Source: an uncultured Christensenellaceae bacterium
GTDB taxonomy: Bacteria; Bacillota; Clostridia; Christensenellales; CAG-314
Assembly (NCBI GenBank): GCA_910586625.1
Contig: CAJUIZ010000006.1
Location: forward strand, 40,907-104,906
Direction of reading: 5' to 3'
DNA length: 64,000 nt
Shown: one piece after another, positions 39,701-47,409 of the stretch
Position numbering within the stretch: the first letter of the stretch is position 1
Layout of the letters: every line of letters starts with the position of its first letter
Program-made: the position numbers and the translations under genes
Notes under the pieces: generated by a model
Database searches by the model: none
What the model was told of the DNA's origin: nothing
Seen by the model: only the letters and a program-made list of their open reading frames with translations

Positions 39701-42313
39701 CTACGACAATTCGTCCAAACGGGCTTGAAGCTGCTTGCGCAAATCTTCGTATTTGGCGAGCTTTGCTTTTTCCGCTTCTACCAAGTTTGCGGGAGCCTTG
39801 GCAAGGAAGCCCTGATTACCGAGCTTACCGTTGGCGCGGGCAATCTCGCCAGTTACGTTTTCCAATTCCTTGTTTATACGTTCGATTTCCTTGTCCTTGT
39901 CTACCAAGTCTCCGAGAGGCACTTCGCACGCAGCGGCGCTGCACACAGCCTTGACCGTCTTCTCTCCCTTGGGCGCGGGAGCGTACACCGTTTCTTCCAA
40001 ACCGCACAGCTTGGCGATATAGCCGTCGCACTCCTTTATGCGGGCGTCGGAGCAGATAACGTACGCGCGAATACGCTTGGATGGCGCGACTCCGTACTCC
40101 GAGCGAATATTGCGGATTTTGGATATAAGCTCCTTTAATTCTTCCACCAATTTGCAATCGTCGGCAAAGAAGTACTTGCCGTCGTACTCGGGGTAACGCT
40201 CCGTCATAACCGTTTCGGAATGAACGGGCATACCTTGATAGATTTCTTCCGTTATAAAGGGAGCGAAGGGGTGAAGAAGTTTGAGTATTTTGTCCAAAAC
40301 GTATGCCAACACCGACAAGGTGTCTATACGCGCCTTATCGTCAGAGCCGTAAAGCGCGGGCTTGGTAAGCTCGATATACCAATCGCAAAATTCGCTCCAT
40401 ACAAAGTCGTACATACACTGACTTGCCATACCCAGCTCGAACTTGTCGAGCAATTCCGTAACCTGACGGATAACGTCGTTGAGCTTGGTCAAAATCCACT
40501 TGTCCGCAAGCGACAGCTTGACGGCTGAAATATCCTTCAACGTCTTGCCTTCGCAGTTCATCAGCACGAATCGGCTGGCGTTCCATACTTTATTCATAAA
40601 GTTGCGCGTACCGTCTATTTTGTCCTGCGAGAAACGGATATCCGAGCCGTTAGCTACGCCGTTTATAAGGGCAAAGCGCAGGGTGTCCGCGCCGTACCTG
40701 TCGATAAACTCCACAGGGTCTACGCCGTTGCCCAAGGACTTGCTCATCTTGCGCCCCTGTTCGTCGCGTACTATGCCGTGCATTAAAACGTCCTTGAAGG
40801 GGACCTTACCCGTGTTATACAGCGAGCTGAAGATCATACGCGCTACCCAGAAGAAAATTATGTCGTAGCCGCAGGAAAGAACGCTTGTGGGGAAGAAGGT
40901 CTTGAAATCGTCGCTGTTGCTGCAATAGCCGAGAGTTGAGAACGGCCACAGCGCGCTGGAAAACCATGTGTCCAACACGTCTTCGTCTTGACGGATATGC
41001 TTGCCGCCGCAGTTGGGGCATACGGTAGGGTCGGTTTCTTCGCAGATTTCCGCGCCGCATTCGTCGCAGTACCAAACGGGAATGCGGTGTCCCCACCACA
41101 GCTGGCGGGAAATACACCAGTCGCGGATGTTCTCCATCCAGTTGAGATAGGTCTTTTCGAAGCGTTCGGGGTGGAACTTGATTTCGCCGCTTTTTACAGC
41201 CTGTATTGCCGGCTTGGCAAGGGGCTCCATACGCACAAACCACTGCTTGGATACTATCGGCTCGACGGTAGTATGGCAACGGTAGCAGCTGCCTACGTTG
41301 TGTTTGTGCGGCTCGACGCGCTGCAACACGCCCGTTTCCTTTAAGCGTTCCACGATAGCCTTGCGCGCTTCGTAGCGGTCCATACCGGCAAATTCGCCTG
41401 CGTTTTCGTTCATAGTTCCGTCGTCGTTCATAACGCGGATAACGGGCAGATTGTGGCGGCGGCCTACTTCGAAGTCGTTAGGGTCGTGAGCGGGGGTTAT
41501 CTTAACTACGCCCGTGCCGAATTCCATATCGACGTATTCGTCGGCTATGACGGGGATTTCGCGGTTGACAAAGGGGACGATTACCGTTTTGCCGATTAGG
41601 TGAGTATAACGCGGGTCGTTGGGATTGACGGCGACGGCTGTGTCGCCAAGCATAGTTTCCGGACGGGTGGTTGCAAAGGTGACAGTCGTCTTGCCGTCCG
41701 ACGTAGTATAGCCGTAATGCCAAAAATGCCCGTCACGCTCTTCGTATTCCACTTCCGCGTCGGAAAGAGCGGTTTTGCACTGCGGACACCAGTTGATGAT
41801 ACGGTCGCCGCGATAGATAAGACCTTCCTTGTACATCTTGACGAAGGCTTTACGTACGGCTTTGCTGCAATTTTCGTCCATTGTAAATGCAAGGCGCGTC
41901 CAGTCGCAGCTGCTGCCGAGACTTTTGAGCTGCTCGACAATTCGTCCGCCGTACTGCTCCTTCCACTGCCAAGCGCGCTTGAGAAAGCCTTCGCGGCCGA
42001 GATCGCGCTTGTCGACGCCTTCCTTCTTCAACGCTTCGACGATTTTTACTTCCGTTGCGATGCTTGCGTGGTCGGTACCGGGAAGCCACAGCGTGTTGTA
42101 GCCCTGCATACGCTTGAAGCGAATGAGCGTGTCCTGTATGGCGTTGTCCAAGCCGTGCCCCAAGTGCAGCTGACCCGTTATATTGGGCGGCGGCGTGACC
42201 ATTGAAAAGTGCGGCGCGTCACTGCTGACGGACGGAGTGAAATAGCCGCGCTCCATCCACTGCTTGTAAAGACGGCGTTCGAAGCTGCTTGGTTGATAGG
42301 TTTTGTCTAACAT
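39701..42313 (-). CDS. valS: Valine--tRNA ligase
   Basis: PPPNITGQLHLGH (HIGH), KMSKSLGN (KMSKS), an editing domain and a C-terminal coiled coil. Length is 870 aa. Confidence 0.97.
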   Translation of the reverse strand: MLDKTYQPSSFERRLYKQWMERGYFTPSVSSDAPHFSMVTPPPNITGQLHLGHGLDNAIQDTLIRFKRMQGYNTLWLPGTDHASIATEVKIVEALKKEGVDKRDLGREGFLKRAWQWKEQYGGRIVEQLKSLGSSCDWTRLAFTMDENCSKAVRKAFVKMYKEGLIYRGDRIINWCPQCKTALSDAEVEYEERDGHFWHYGYTTSDGKTTVTFATTRPETMLGDTAVAVNPNDPRYTHLIGKTVIVPFVNREIPVIADEYVDMEFGTGVVKITPAHDPNDFEVGRRHNLPVIRVMNDDGTMNENAGEFAGMDRYEARKAIVERLKETGVLQRVEPHKHNVGSCYRCHTTVEPIVSKQWFVRMEPLAKPAIQAVKSGEIKFHPERFEKTYLNWMENIRDWCISRQLWWGHRIPVWYCDECGAEICEETDPTVCPNCGGKHIRQDEDVLDTWFSSALWPFSTLGYCSNSDDFKTFFPTSVLSCGYDIIFFWVARMIFSSLYNTGKVPFKDVLMHGIVRDEQGRKMSKSLGNGVDPVEFIDRYGADTLRFALINGVANGSDIRFSQDKIDGTRNFMNKVWNASRFVLMNCEGKTLKDISAVKLSLADKWILTKLNDVIRQVTELLDKFELGMASQCMYDFVWSEFCDWYIELTKPALYGSDDKARIDTLSVLAYVLDKILKLLHPFAPFITEEIYQGMPVHSETVMTERYPEYDGKYFFADDCKLVEELKELISKIRNIRSEYGVAPSKRIRAYVICSDARIKECDGYIAKLCGLEETVYAPAPKGEKTVKAVCSAAACEVPLGDLVDKDKEIERINKELENVTGEIARANGKLGNQGFLAKAPANLVEAEKAKLAKYEDLRKQLQARLDELS

Positions 42314-42357
42314 AATAAGCTCCTGATATATGTATTTGTATTAAGAAAATAGACGGG

Positions 42358-42482
42358 TTTTATAAGGTTTCGCTACGCTTTTATAATGCGCAATGCGTAA
42401 TTAAGGTGCGGCTACGCATAGATTTACAAGGTTACGCTGCGCTGGATTTCTCCGTGCGCTTCGCTTAGTCGAAATGACATAA
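42358..42482. repeat. Dispersed repeat family 1, copy D (between the T-box terminator and the valS ATG)
   Basis: TTATAAGGTTTCGCTACGCTTTTATAATGCGCAATGCGTAATTAAGG...GCTGGATTTCTCCGTGCGCTTCGCTTAGTCGAAATGACAT. Confidence 0.8.
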
Positions 42483-42529
42483 TAAAATGCTTGGACGAAA
42501 CCGCGTAGGAAATTCAGCGACATGGGGTT

Positions 42530-42960
42530 AATGAAAATAAAAGCCCTTTGCATAAGCAAAGGGCGAATTATATCGCGGTACCACCTTAATTTTTGTTTTC
42601 GTACCAATCGTTCGACGGGTTTACTGCGCGGTCGCTGTCGCTTTGCGCTTGTAAACGTATTCCGTCGAAGTCCGACTGTTAGGTTGCGCTTGACACAAGC
42701 GCGTCTTTTCCATTTCGGCGGGCGCACACCCCGCCAACCCCGTTTGGGCGCAAAACTCAGGTACACGCCCTGACTTTGCGGAAAAGTTCTGCCTTATTTC
42801 GGACAAATCGCTCGAAAACACTTGGAAGCTTATAACGGAGCTACCCGAACAAAGCTACTTTCGCTTGCAAAGCAAACGCCGTTTCGCCCTGTCAACATCG
42901 GCAAACTACGCCGCTGCATACCCTTTCCTGCGGAATTCTCACCGTAGTCCGCTCTCTTGA
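42530..42960 (-). promoter_or_regulatory. T-box leader (tRNA-sensing riboswitch) of valS, unusually long
   Basis: On the minus strand: AGAGAG at 42957-42952, an F-box-like CCGTTA near 42838, the T-box AAGGTGGTACCGCG at 42590-42574, and the terminator GCCCTTTGC-TTAT-GCAAAGGGCTTTTATTTT at 42566-42530. Confidence 0.8.
42725..42785. repeat. Repeat/hairpin family 2, copy 2 (embedded in the valS T-box leader)
   Basis: CACACCCCGCCAACCCCGTTTGGGCGCAAAACTCAGGTACACGCCCTGACTTTGCGGAAA. It shares the loop and stem with copy 1, with one compensatory G:C to A:T change. Confidence 0.7.
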
Positions 42961-43005
42961 AGGCAGGTAAACAAGGTCTTTTGCCTAAAACGTTTTTACC
43001 TGCTT

Positions 43006-43034
43006 ATTATATAGCAAGCGCAAAAATTTGGCAA
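43006..43034 (-). promoter_or_regulatory. Promoter of the valS T-box leader
   Basis: On the minus strand: TTGCCA (43034-43029), a 17-nt spacer, then TATAAT (43011-43006). Confidence 0.6.
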
Positions 43035-43058
43035 GCGAAATTGCAAAAAATTGTCATA

Positions 43059-43394
43059 CTATATCCTATCGAAAAAACGCGAGAACACGTCCGACATAGC
43101 ATAAAACGCCGCCATAACACGCACTTCCTTTTGCTCGTCCACCACTTTGTAAATCAAAACGAAATTGTTTACTATCGCCTTGCGGTACGGCTGACCCTTT
43201 GTCAGTTTCTCGTCGGCGATAAGGGGCATAGAATAAGGAAAACTGCTTATTACGTCCACTGCGTTAAGCACGTCGTTTAGTAGCTTTGCCGCAGCGGAAG
43301 GGTTCTTCAAATTATCACGCACATAGGAAAGTATTTCGCTTATGTCGTCCTTGGCTTGCGCTACTATTACCGCTTTGTATTTTTCAGTCGGCAT
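43059..43394 (-). CDS. Type II toxin, RelE/ParE family
   Basis: 111 aa, overlapping the upstream DinJ-like antitoxin gene by 11 nt. Size and the pattern (...RKAIVNNFVLIYKVVDEQKEVRVMAAFY) are typical of RelE/ParE. Confidence 0.7.
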   Translation of the reverse strand: MPTEKYKAVIVAQAKDDISEILSYVRDNLKNPSAAAKLLNDVLNAVDVISSFPYSMPLIADEKLTKGQPYRKAIVNNFVLIYKVVDEQKEVRVMAAFYAMSDVFSRFFDRI

Positions 43395-43671
43395 ACTTCG
43401 ATTTCAACTCCTGCGCAAAGCTGTCAAAATCGATTAGCTGCCCCGCTTGCTCCTGCTGTTCCGCAAAGCGCAGCTTGGCGGAAACAAACTGCTCGACCGA
43501 GCGTTCCTGCGCGGACTTGACGCTTACGTTGAAAGGCAAACCGCCTTCGCGAATGGACGCAAGCAAGAACATATTTACCGCCGTTGTCATATCCAAACCC
43601 AATTGCGCAAAAACCTGCTTTGCTTCGTCGCGTACATCGGATTCTACCTTAATATTCATTGACGTTTTCAT
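43384..43671 (-). CDS. Type II antitoxin, RelB/DinJ family
   Basis: MNIKVESDVRDEAKQVFAQLGLDMTTAVNMFLLASIREGGLPFNV is the DinJ ribbon-helix-helix signature. Confidence 0.88.
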   Translation of the reverse strand: MKTSMNIKVESDVRDEAKQVFAQLGLDMTTAVNMFLLASIREGGLPFNVSVKSAQERSVEQFVSAKLRFAEQQEQAGQLIDFDSFAQELKSKYAD

Positions 43672-43703
43672 AAATAATCTCCGATAACGTTATTATATGT
43701 ATT

Positions 43704-43732
43704 ATTATATAGAAAAATACGTCCATTGTCAA
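43704..43732 (-). promoter_or_regulatory. Promoter of the relB/relE pair, with a downstream palindrome
   Basis: On the minus strand: TTGACA (43732-43727), a 17-nt spacer, then TATAAT (43709-43704). A perfect 10-bp palindrome ATAACGTTAT at 43684-43693 lies between the -10 and the RBS and is a likely operator. Confidence 0.65.
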
Positions 43733-43764
43733 CATAACGGGCGTATTTTAGACGATTTTTACTG

Positions 43765-43986
43765 TTAAATATCCGAAAGACCGAGAAGGTAATCGGCGGA
43801 AACGTTTAACGCTTTGCAAATTCTGACGAAAGTGTCCAGCTTGGGCAACTTCTTGGTCGTATAGTACTGAGTAACCATTTCGGGAGAAACGCCTATCTTT
43901 TCGGCGAGTTGTTTAACCGTCAGTTTGCTGTTTTCCAATTCTTCTTTTAACCTTGTTTTGAAAGCTTGGTCTTTTAGTTCAATCAT
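43765..43986 (-). CDS. XRE-family HTH protein, paralog 4 of 4
   Basis: LTVKQLAEKIGVSPEMVTQYYTTKKLPKLDTFVRICKALNVSADYLLGLSDI is an HTH_3-type pattern. Confidence 0.85.
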   Translation of the reverse strand: MIELKDQAFKTRLKEELENSKLTVKQLAEKIGVSPEMVTQYYTTKKLPKLDTFVRICKALNVSADYLLGLSDI

Positions 43987-44004
43987 AATGTTACCTGCAA
44001 TACT

Positions 44005-44208
44005 CTAAATTTCCGACAAACCTAAAAGATAATCGGCGGAAACGTTTAGAACTCTGCACAAGTCGTACAGCGTATTCAGAGTAGGCTCGCTTTCGCCGTT
44101 TTTATACTGCGTAATGCAACTTGGGTTTATTCCGCATTGCTCCGCTATTTCTTTTTGCTTTAACGAAGTTTGAAGTAACGCTTCGTTAAATCTCTTTTGA
44201 AAAATCAT
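44005..44208 (-). CDS. XRE-family HTH protein, paralog 3 of 4
   Basis: LKQKEIAEQCGINPSCITQYKNGESEPTLNTLYDLCRVLNVSADYLLGLSEI. Confidence 0.85.
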   Translation of the reverse strand: MIFQKRFNEALLQTSLKQKEIAEQCGINPSCITQYKNGESEPTLNTLYDLCRVLNVSADYLLGLSEI

Positions 44209-44220
44209 ATTATCCGCCTA

Positions 44221-44427
44221 TTATTGACACAAAATATAGTTTGCGTCCACGTCTAAAAGCTTGCAAAGATTGGCGAGAGTATCCAAAGCGGGCATCTTGC
44301 GACCTTTTAGATAGCTGCAAATCTGCGTGGGCTTTACGTTAACAGCATTGGCTATTGCGGTTTGAGACATTCCGCTTTGCGTAATCGCTTCCGCAATTCT
44401 TTTTTGTATTTCTTCTAATGTAATCAT
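44221..44427 (-). CDS. XRE-family HTH protein, paralog 2 of 4
   Basis: MSQTAIANAVNVKPTQICSYLKGRKMPALDTLANLCKLLDVDANYILCQ. I moved the start to MITLEE (44427). No obvious RBS is present. Confidence 0.75.
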   Translation of the reverse strand: MITLEEIQKRIAEAITQSGMSQTAIANAVNVKPTQICSYLKGRKMPALDTLANLCKLLDVDANYILCQ

Positions 44428-44438
44428 AATATATAATT

Positions 44439-44666
44439 CTAAATATCGGACAAACCAAATAAGAAGTCGCTGGAACAATCAAATAATCTGCATAGTGTTA
44501 TAATCTGTTCGTAGTTTAACTCAAACACACCGCTTTCGAAACGGGCATAAGCTTGTTGAAGTATATTTAGTTTTTCTCCGACTTGCTTTTGAGTATATCC
44601 CGCTTGCTTTCTTGCTTGCGCCAAACGTTCACCGACCTGCTTTTTAATATCCATAGATAATTTCAC
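44439..44666 (-). CDS. XRE-family HTH protein, paralog 1 of 4
   Basis: YTQKQVGEKLNILQQAYARFESGVFELNYEQIITLCRLFDCSSDFLFGLSDI. The start is either the GTG at 44666 (AAGGAG 4 nt upstream) or the ATG at 44654. Confidence 0.8.
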   Translation of the reverse strand: MKLSMDIKKQVGERLAQARKQAGYTQKQVGEKLNILQQAYARFESGVFELNYEQIITLCRLFDCSSDFLFGLSDI

Positions 44667-44693
44667 ACATCTCCTTAAAAGTACTTAATGATT

Positions 44694-44772
44694 AACACAA
44701 AATGTTGTAAAATACTTCACAAATAACACTAAGTGTTGTAGAATATATTTTGATACTATACTTTATGTTGTA
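44694..44772. promoter_or_regulatory. Three phased operator-like repeats in the divergent intergenic region
   Basis: TGTTGTA occurs at 44703, 44734 and 44766, giving spacings of 31 and 32 bp. The middle site is the perfect palindrome AACAC-TAA-GTGTT (44725-44737), and the first is AACAC-AAA-ATGTT. Confidence 0.55.
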
Positions 44773-44804
44773 TACATTTTTGCAAATCTATGGAGCTAAA
44801 ACGA

Positions 44805-45122
44805 ATGAAAAAGGAAGAGATGATTGAAAACAATTGTCAATTTTGCAAGCACAGTATGAAAAGCTATATCGGAATAGGCGATAAAATAAGCGTGGACAGG
44901 GCGATTGCGTGCTTCAATGCGAAGTTGGCGGAAAAAGAACGTAAGCTAAAATTCGGCAACAAACGCAAATGCGAATACTTTGTACCGACGGAACGCCCGA
45001 CGGCGGAACGGGTAAGCGACATTCAAGAGCGCCTTGATATAATAAAGGAACAAGTTAGGTCGATAGAAACGTTTTTGCATTGGAACGAATTGATAAAATG
45101 TAAAACGGACGAAGAAAATTGA
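44805..45122 (+). CDS. Hypothetical small protein with a CxxC motif plus scattered Cys residues
   Basis: MKKEEMIENNCQFCKHSMKSY...AIACFNAK...KRKCEYF. GGAG lies 9 nt upstream of the ATG at 44805. The gene is divergent from the XRE array, and I recognise no family. Confidence 0.6.
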   Translation: MKKEEMIENNCQFCKHSMKSYIGIGDKISVDRAIACFNAKLAEKERKLKFGNKRKCEYFVPTERPTAERVSDIQERLDIIKEQVRSIETFLHWNELIKCKTDEEN

Positions 45123-45139
45123 ATAGGAAATTAAAAAGG

Positions 45140-45176
45140 AAAAGTCTTCCGCAAAAAATGCGGAAGACTTTTTTTG
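45140..45176 (+). terminator. Rho-independent terminator
   Basis: AAGTCTTCCGC-AAAAAAT-GCGGAAGACTTTTTTT. Confidence 0.85.
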
Positions 45177-45379
45177 CAGGTTGCTCCGCCTATCGTTCGA
45201 TCGGCAGCGGACTTAGCCGCAGCGATATTCCGCGCGAACTCGCTTAGTACCGAGAGCAAGGGTATTGCGCGGACAGACGACGAGCGAAAGCAAGGGCTGC
45301 GCACGCCGCTTAAAAAGCGAACACGAAGCGGCGTTTTTTGCATAGTATGCAATATATCAAAATCAAAAGGAGAACGAAC

Positions 45380-46402
45380 TTGAAAAAAACCGTAGCTACC
45401 TTGTTAGCCGTTATCGTGCTGTTATGCACGCTTGTACTGGGCATTACCGCCTGCAACAAGGATAACGGCAACGTTATAAGGTTAAACGAAGTAACTCACA
45501 GTCTGTTTTACACTCCGCAGTACTTGGCACTGAGCTTAGGGTACTTCGAAGAAGAAGGACTGACTGTGGAAATTACCAACGGGCAAGGCGCGAACAACGT
45601 TATGACCGCGCTGCTTACCAATGAAGCGGACATTGGGCTTATGGGCTGCGAAGCCAACATTTACGTTTATCTGCAAGGCAAAAAAGACTATCCGCGGGTT
45701 ATAGGACAGCTTACCAAGCGTGACGGCAGTTTTCTTGTGGCGCGTACGGAAAACAACAGCTTCGACTACTCGGGTTTAGAAGGCAAAACGGTGCTTATGG
45801 GCCGCAAGGGCGGTATGCCCGCCATGATACTGCAATACGTGCTGAACAACAAGGGCTACGTAAACGGCAAAAATATCACGATGGACTACTCGATAGAATT
45901 CGGCGCGTTAGGTCCCGCGTTTGTGGGCAGCGGTGACAAGGGCGGCGTGGGCGATTACGTGCCGCTGTTCGAGCCGTCGGCAAGCCAACTTGTAAAAGAA
46001 GGCAAGGGTTACATTGTGTCCGCAATAGGTATGGACAGCGGAGAAATACCCTACACCTGCTACACCGCCACCGCGCAATATATAGAAAAACACCCCGAGA
46101 ACGTAGAAAAGTTTTTGCGGGCTGTGTGGAAAGGCACCGAGTACGCTATGACGCACTCCGCCGAAGACTGCGCAAAGCTTGTGGAAAAGCACTTTGTAGG
46201 TACGTCGCTTGACATGTTGACGGCGGCTATCAAGAACTACCAAACATTCGACGTATGGACGACCACGCCGATAACGAACAAACAGGCGTTCGAGCGCATA
46301 CAGGACATTATGGAGAATGCGGGCGAGCTGTCGCAAAGAGTCGGCTACGACGTGATTGTAGACAACACCTTGGCGAACAAAATCGAAGCTGTCGTAAAGT
46401 AA
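45380..46402 (+). CDS. ABC transporter substrate-binding lipoprotein (NMT1/THI5-like, NitT/TauT family)
   Basis: Lipobox LVLGITAC after a signal peptide, with NMT1-like body length and composition. I propose the TTG start at 45380, with AAAGGAG 7 nt upstream. Confidence 0.75.
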   Translation: MKKTVATLLAVIVLLCTLVLGITACNKDNGNVIRLNEVTHSLFYTPQYLALSLGYFEEEGLTVEITNGQGANNVMTALLTNEADIGLMGCEANIYVYLQGKKDYPRVIGQLTKRDGSFLVARTENNSFDYSGLEGKTVLMGRKGGMPAMILQYVLNNKGYVNGKNITMDYSIEFGALGPAFVGSGDKGGVGDYVPLFEPSASQLVKEGKGYIVSAIGMDSGEIPYTCYTATAQYIEKHPENVEKFLRAVWKGTEYAMTHSAEDCAKLVEKHFVGTSLDMLTAAIKNYQTFDVWTTTPITNKQAFERIQDIMENAGELSQRVGYDVIVDNTLANKIEAVVK

Positions 46403-46441
46403 AATGAAGCGCGCAAGCATAAGAAAAAGGGAGCAAAATAT

Positions 46442-47371
46442 ATGGTTATTCTCAAATTCGACAAGGTGAGTAAAATATTTTACTCCAAAACACAGCAGAC
46501 GACGGCGATTGCCGACCTTTCCTTCGAGATAAACGAAGGGGAGTTCGTGGCGATTATCGGTCCGTCGGGCTGCGGCAAAACCACTATACTTTCCTTGGTG
46601 TGCGGGCTGATCGAGCCTACTTCCGGAGTGATTGTGCGCGCGAGCGACAACGAAACGCAAGCGCGGACACTTACGGACGGCACGGAAAAGCGCGGCTTGT
46701 GGGCTGCGTTGAAGGGTAAATTGTCTAAGAAGAAAAACGCTTCGGAAAAAGCCGACGGGGAGATAATCTCGGAAGGCGACACGCAAACGGAAGTAAAACG
46801 CGGCGCTGCTGCGCGGCTCGGACAAAAGCGCGCCAAATTCAACGGTATAGGCTATATGTTGCAGCGCGACCAGTTATTCGAATGGCGCACCATAGAACAG
46901 AATGTGCGATTGGGCTTGGAGATACAAAAAAAGGTAACGCCGAACAATCTGCAAGCCGCACACGATCTGTTGAAAAAATACGGGTTGTGGGAATTTAGAA
47001 AGCATCATCCGCAGGAGCTTTCCGGCGGTATGCGGCAACGGGTGGCGTTGATACGCACGCTCGCCACCAACCCCGACCTGCTGCTGTTAGACGAGCCGTT
47101 TTCCGCGTTGGACTTTCAAACGCGGTTGGAGGTGTGCGACGACGTGTATTCCATAATAAAGCGGGAGAAGAAAACCGCCCTACTGGTTACGCACGACATA
47201 TCGGAAGCGATATCGCTTGCGGACAAGGTGATTGTGCTAACCAAACGCCCCGCAACAGTAAAAGCCATACACGAAACGCATATGGAAAATATAGATACGC
47301 CCTTGAAGCGGCGGCAATCGCCGGAATTTTCGGCGCAGTTCGAGCTGCTTCACGAATACTTGCACGGATAG
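46442..47371 (+). CDS. ABC transporter ATP-binding protein (NitT/TauT type) with a ~65-aa insertion
   Basis: Walker A GPSGCGKTT, Q-loop-region IGYMLQRDQLFEW, signature LSGGMRQRV and Walker B LLLLDEPFSALD. A charged insert lies between the Walker A and Q-loop regions. Confidence 0.88.
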   Translation: MVILKFDKVSKIFYSKTQQTTAIADLSFEINEGEFVAIIGPSGCGKTTILSLVCGLIEPTSGVIVRASDNETQARTLTDGTEKRGLWAALKGKLSKKKNASEKADGEIISEGDTQTEVKRGAAARLGQKRAKFNGIGYMLQRDQLFEWRTIEQNVRLGLEIQKKVTPNNLQAAHDLLKKYGLWEFRKHHPQELSGGMRQRVALIRTLATNPDLLLLDEPFSALDFQTRLEVCDDVYSIIKREKKTALLVTHDISEAISLADKVIVLTKRPATVKAIHETHMENIDTPLKRRQSPEFSAQFELLHEYLHG

Positions 47372-47409
47372 CCGTACGGCTGACAACTGTGTTTTAAGGA
47401 GAACACAAG

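Noticed and set aside
42401-42821. ORFs 42401-42766 (-), 42522-42773 (+) and 42621-42821 (-) in the valS leader
   Set aside because: They overlap the T-box riboswitch and repeat copies, have Arg-rich translations, and have no RBS.
45177-45340. A guanidine-I (ykkC) or TPP riboswitch upstream of the NitT/TauT-type ABC operon
   Set aside because: Only a loose CCGAGAG resemblance is present. The conserved GGGTTCCG / ACGR-GGGA-AAAGCCCGGGAG (ykkC) and CTGAGA / ACCTGA (THI-box) elements are absent by eye. A covariance-model scan would settle it.
45908-46825. Long antisense ORFs opposite the ABC operon and other genes (45908-46825, 47605-48294, 49850-50803, 54659-55525, 56083-56835, 60114-60950, 9973-10653, 17453-18223)
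   Set aside because: In each case the opposite strand encodes a protein with clear family motifs or a clean membrane topology. The antisense products are Arg-rich with no motifs. Long stop-free antisense frames recur opposite many genes in this window.
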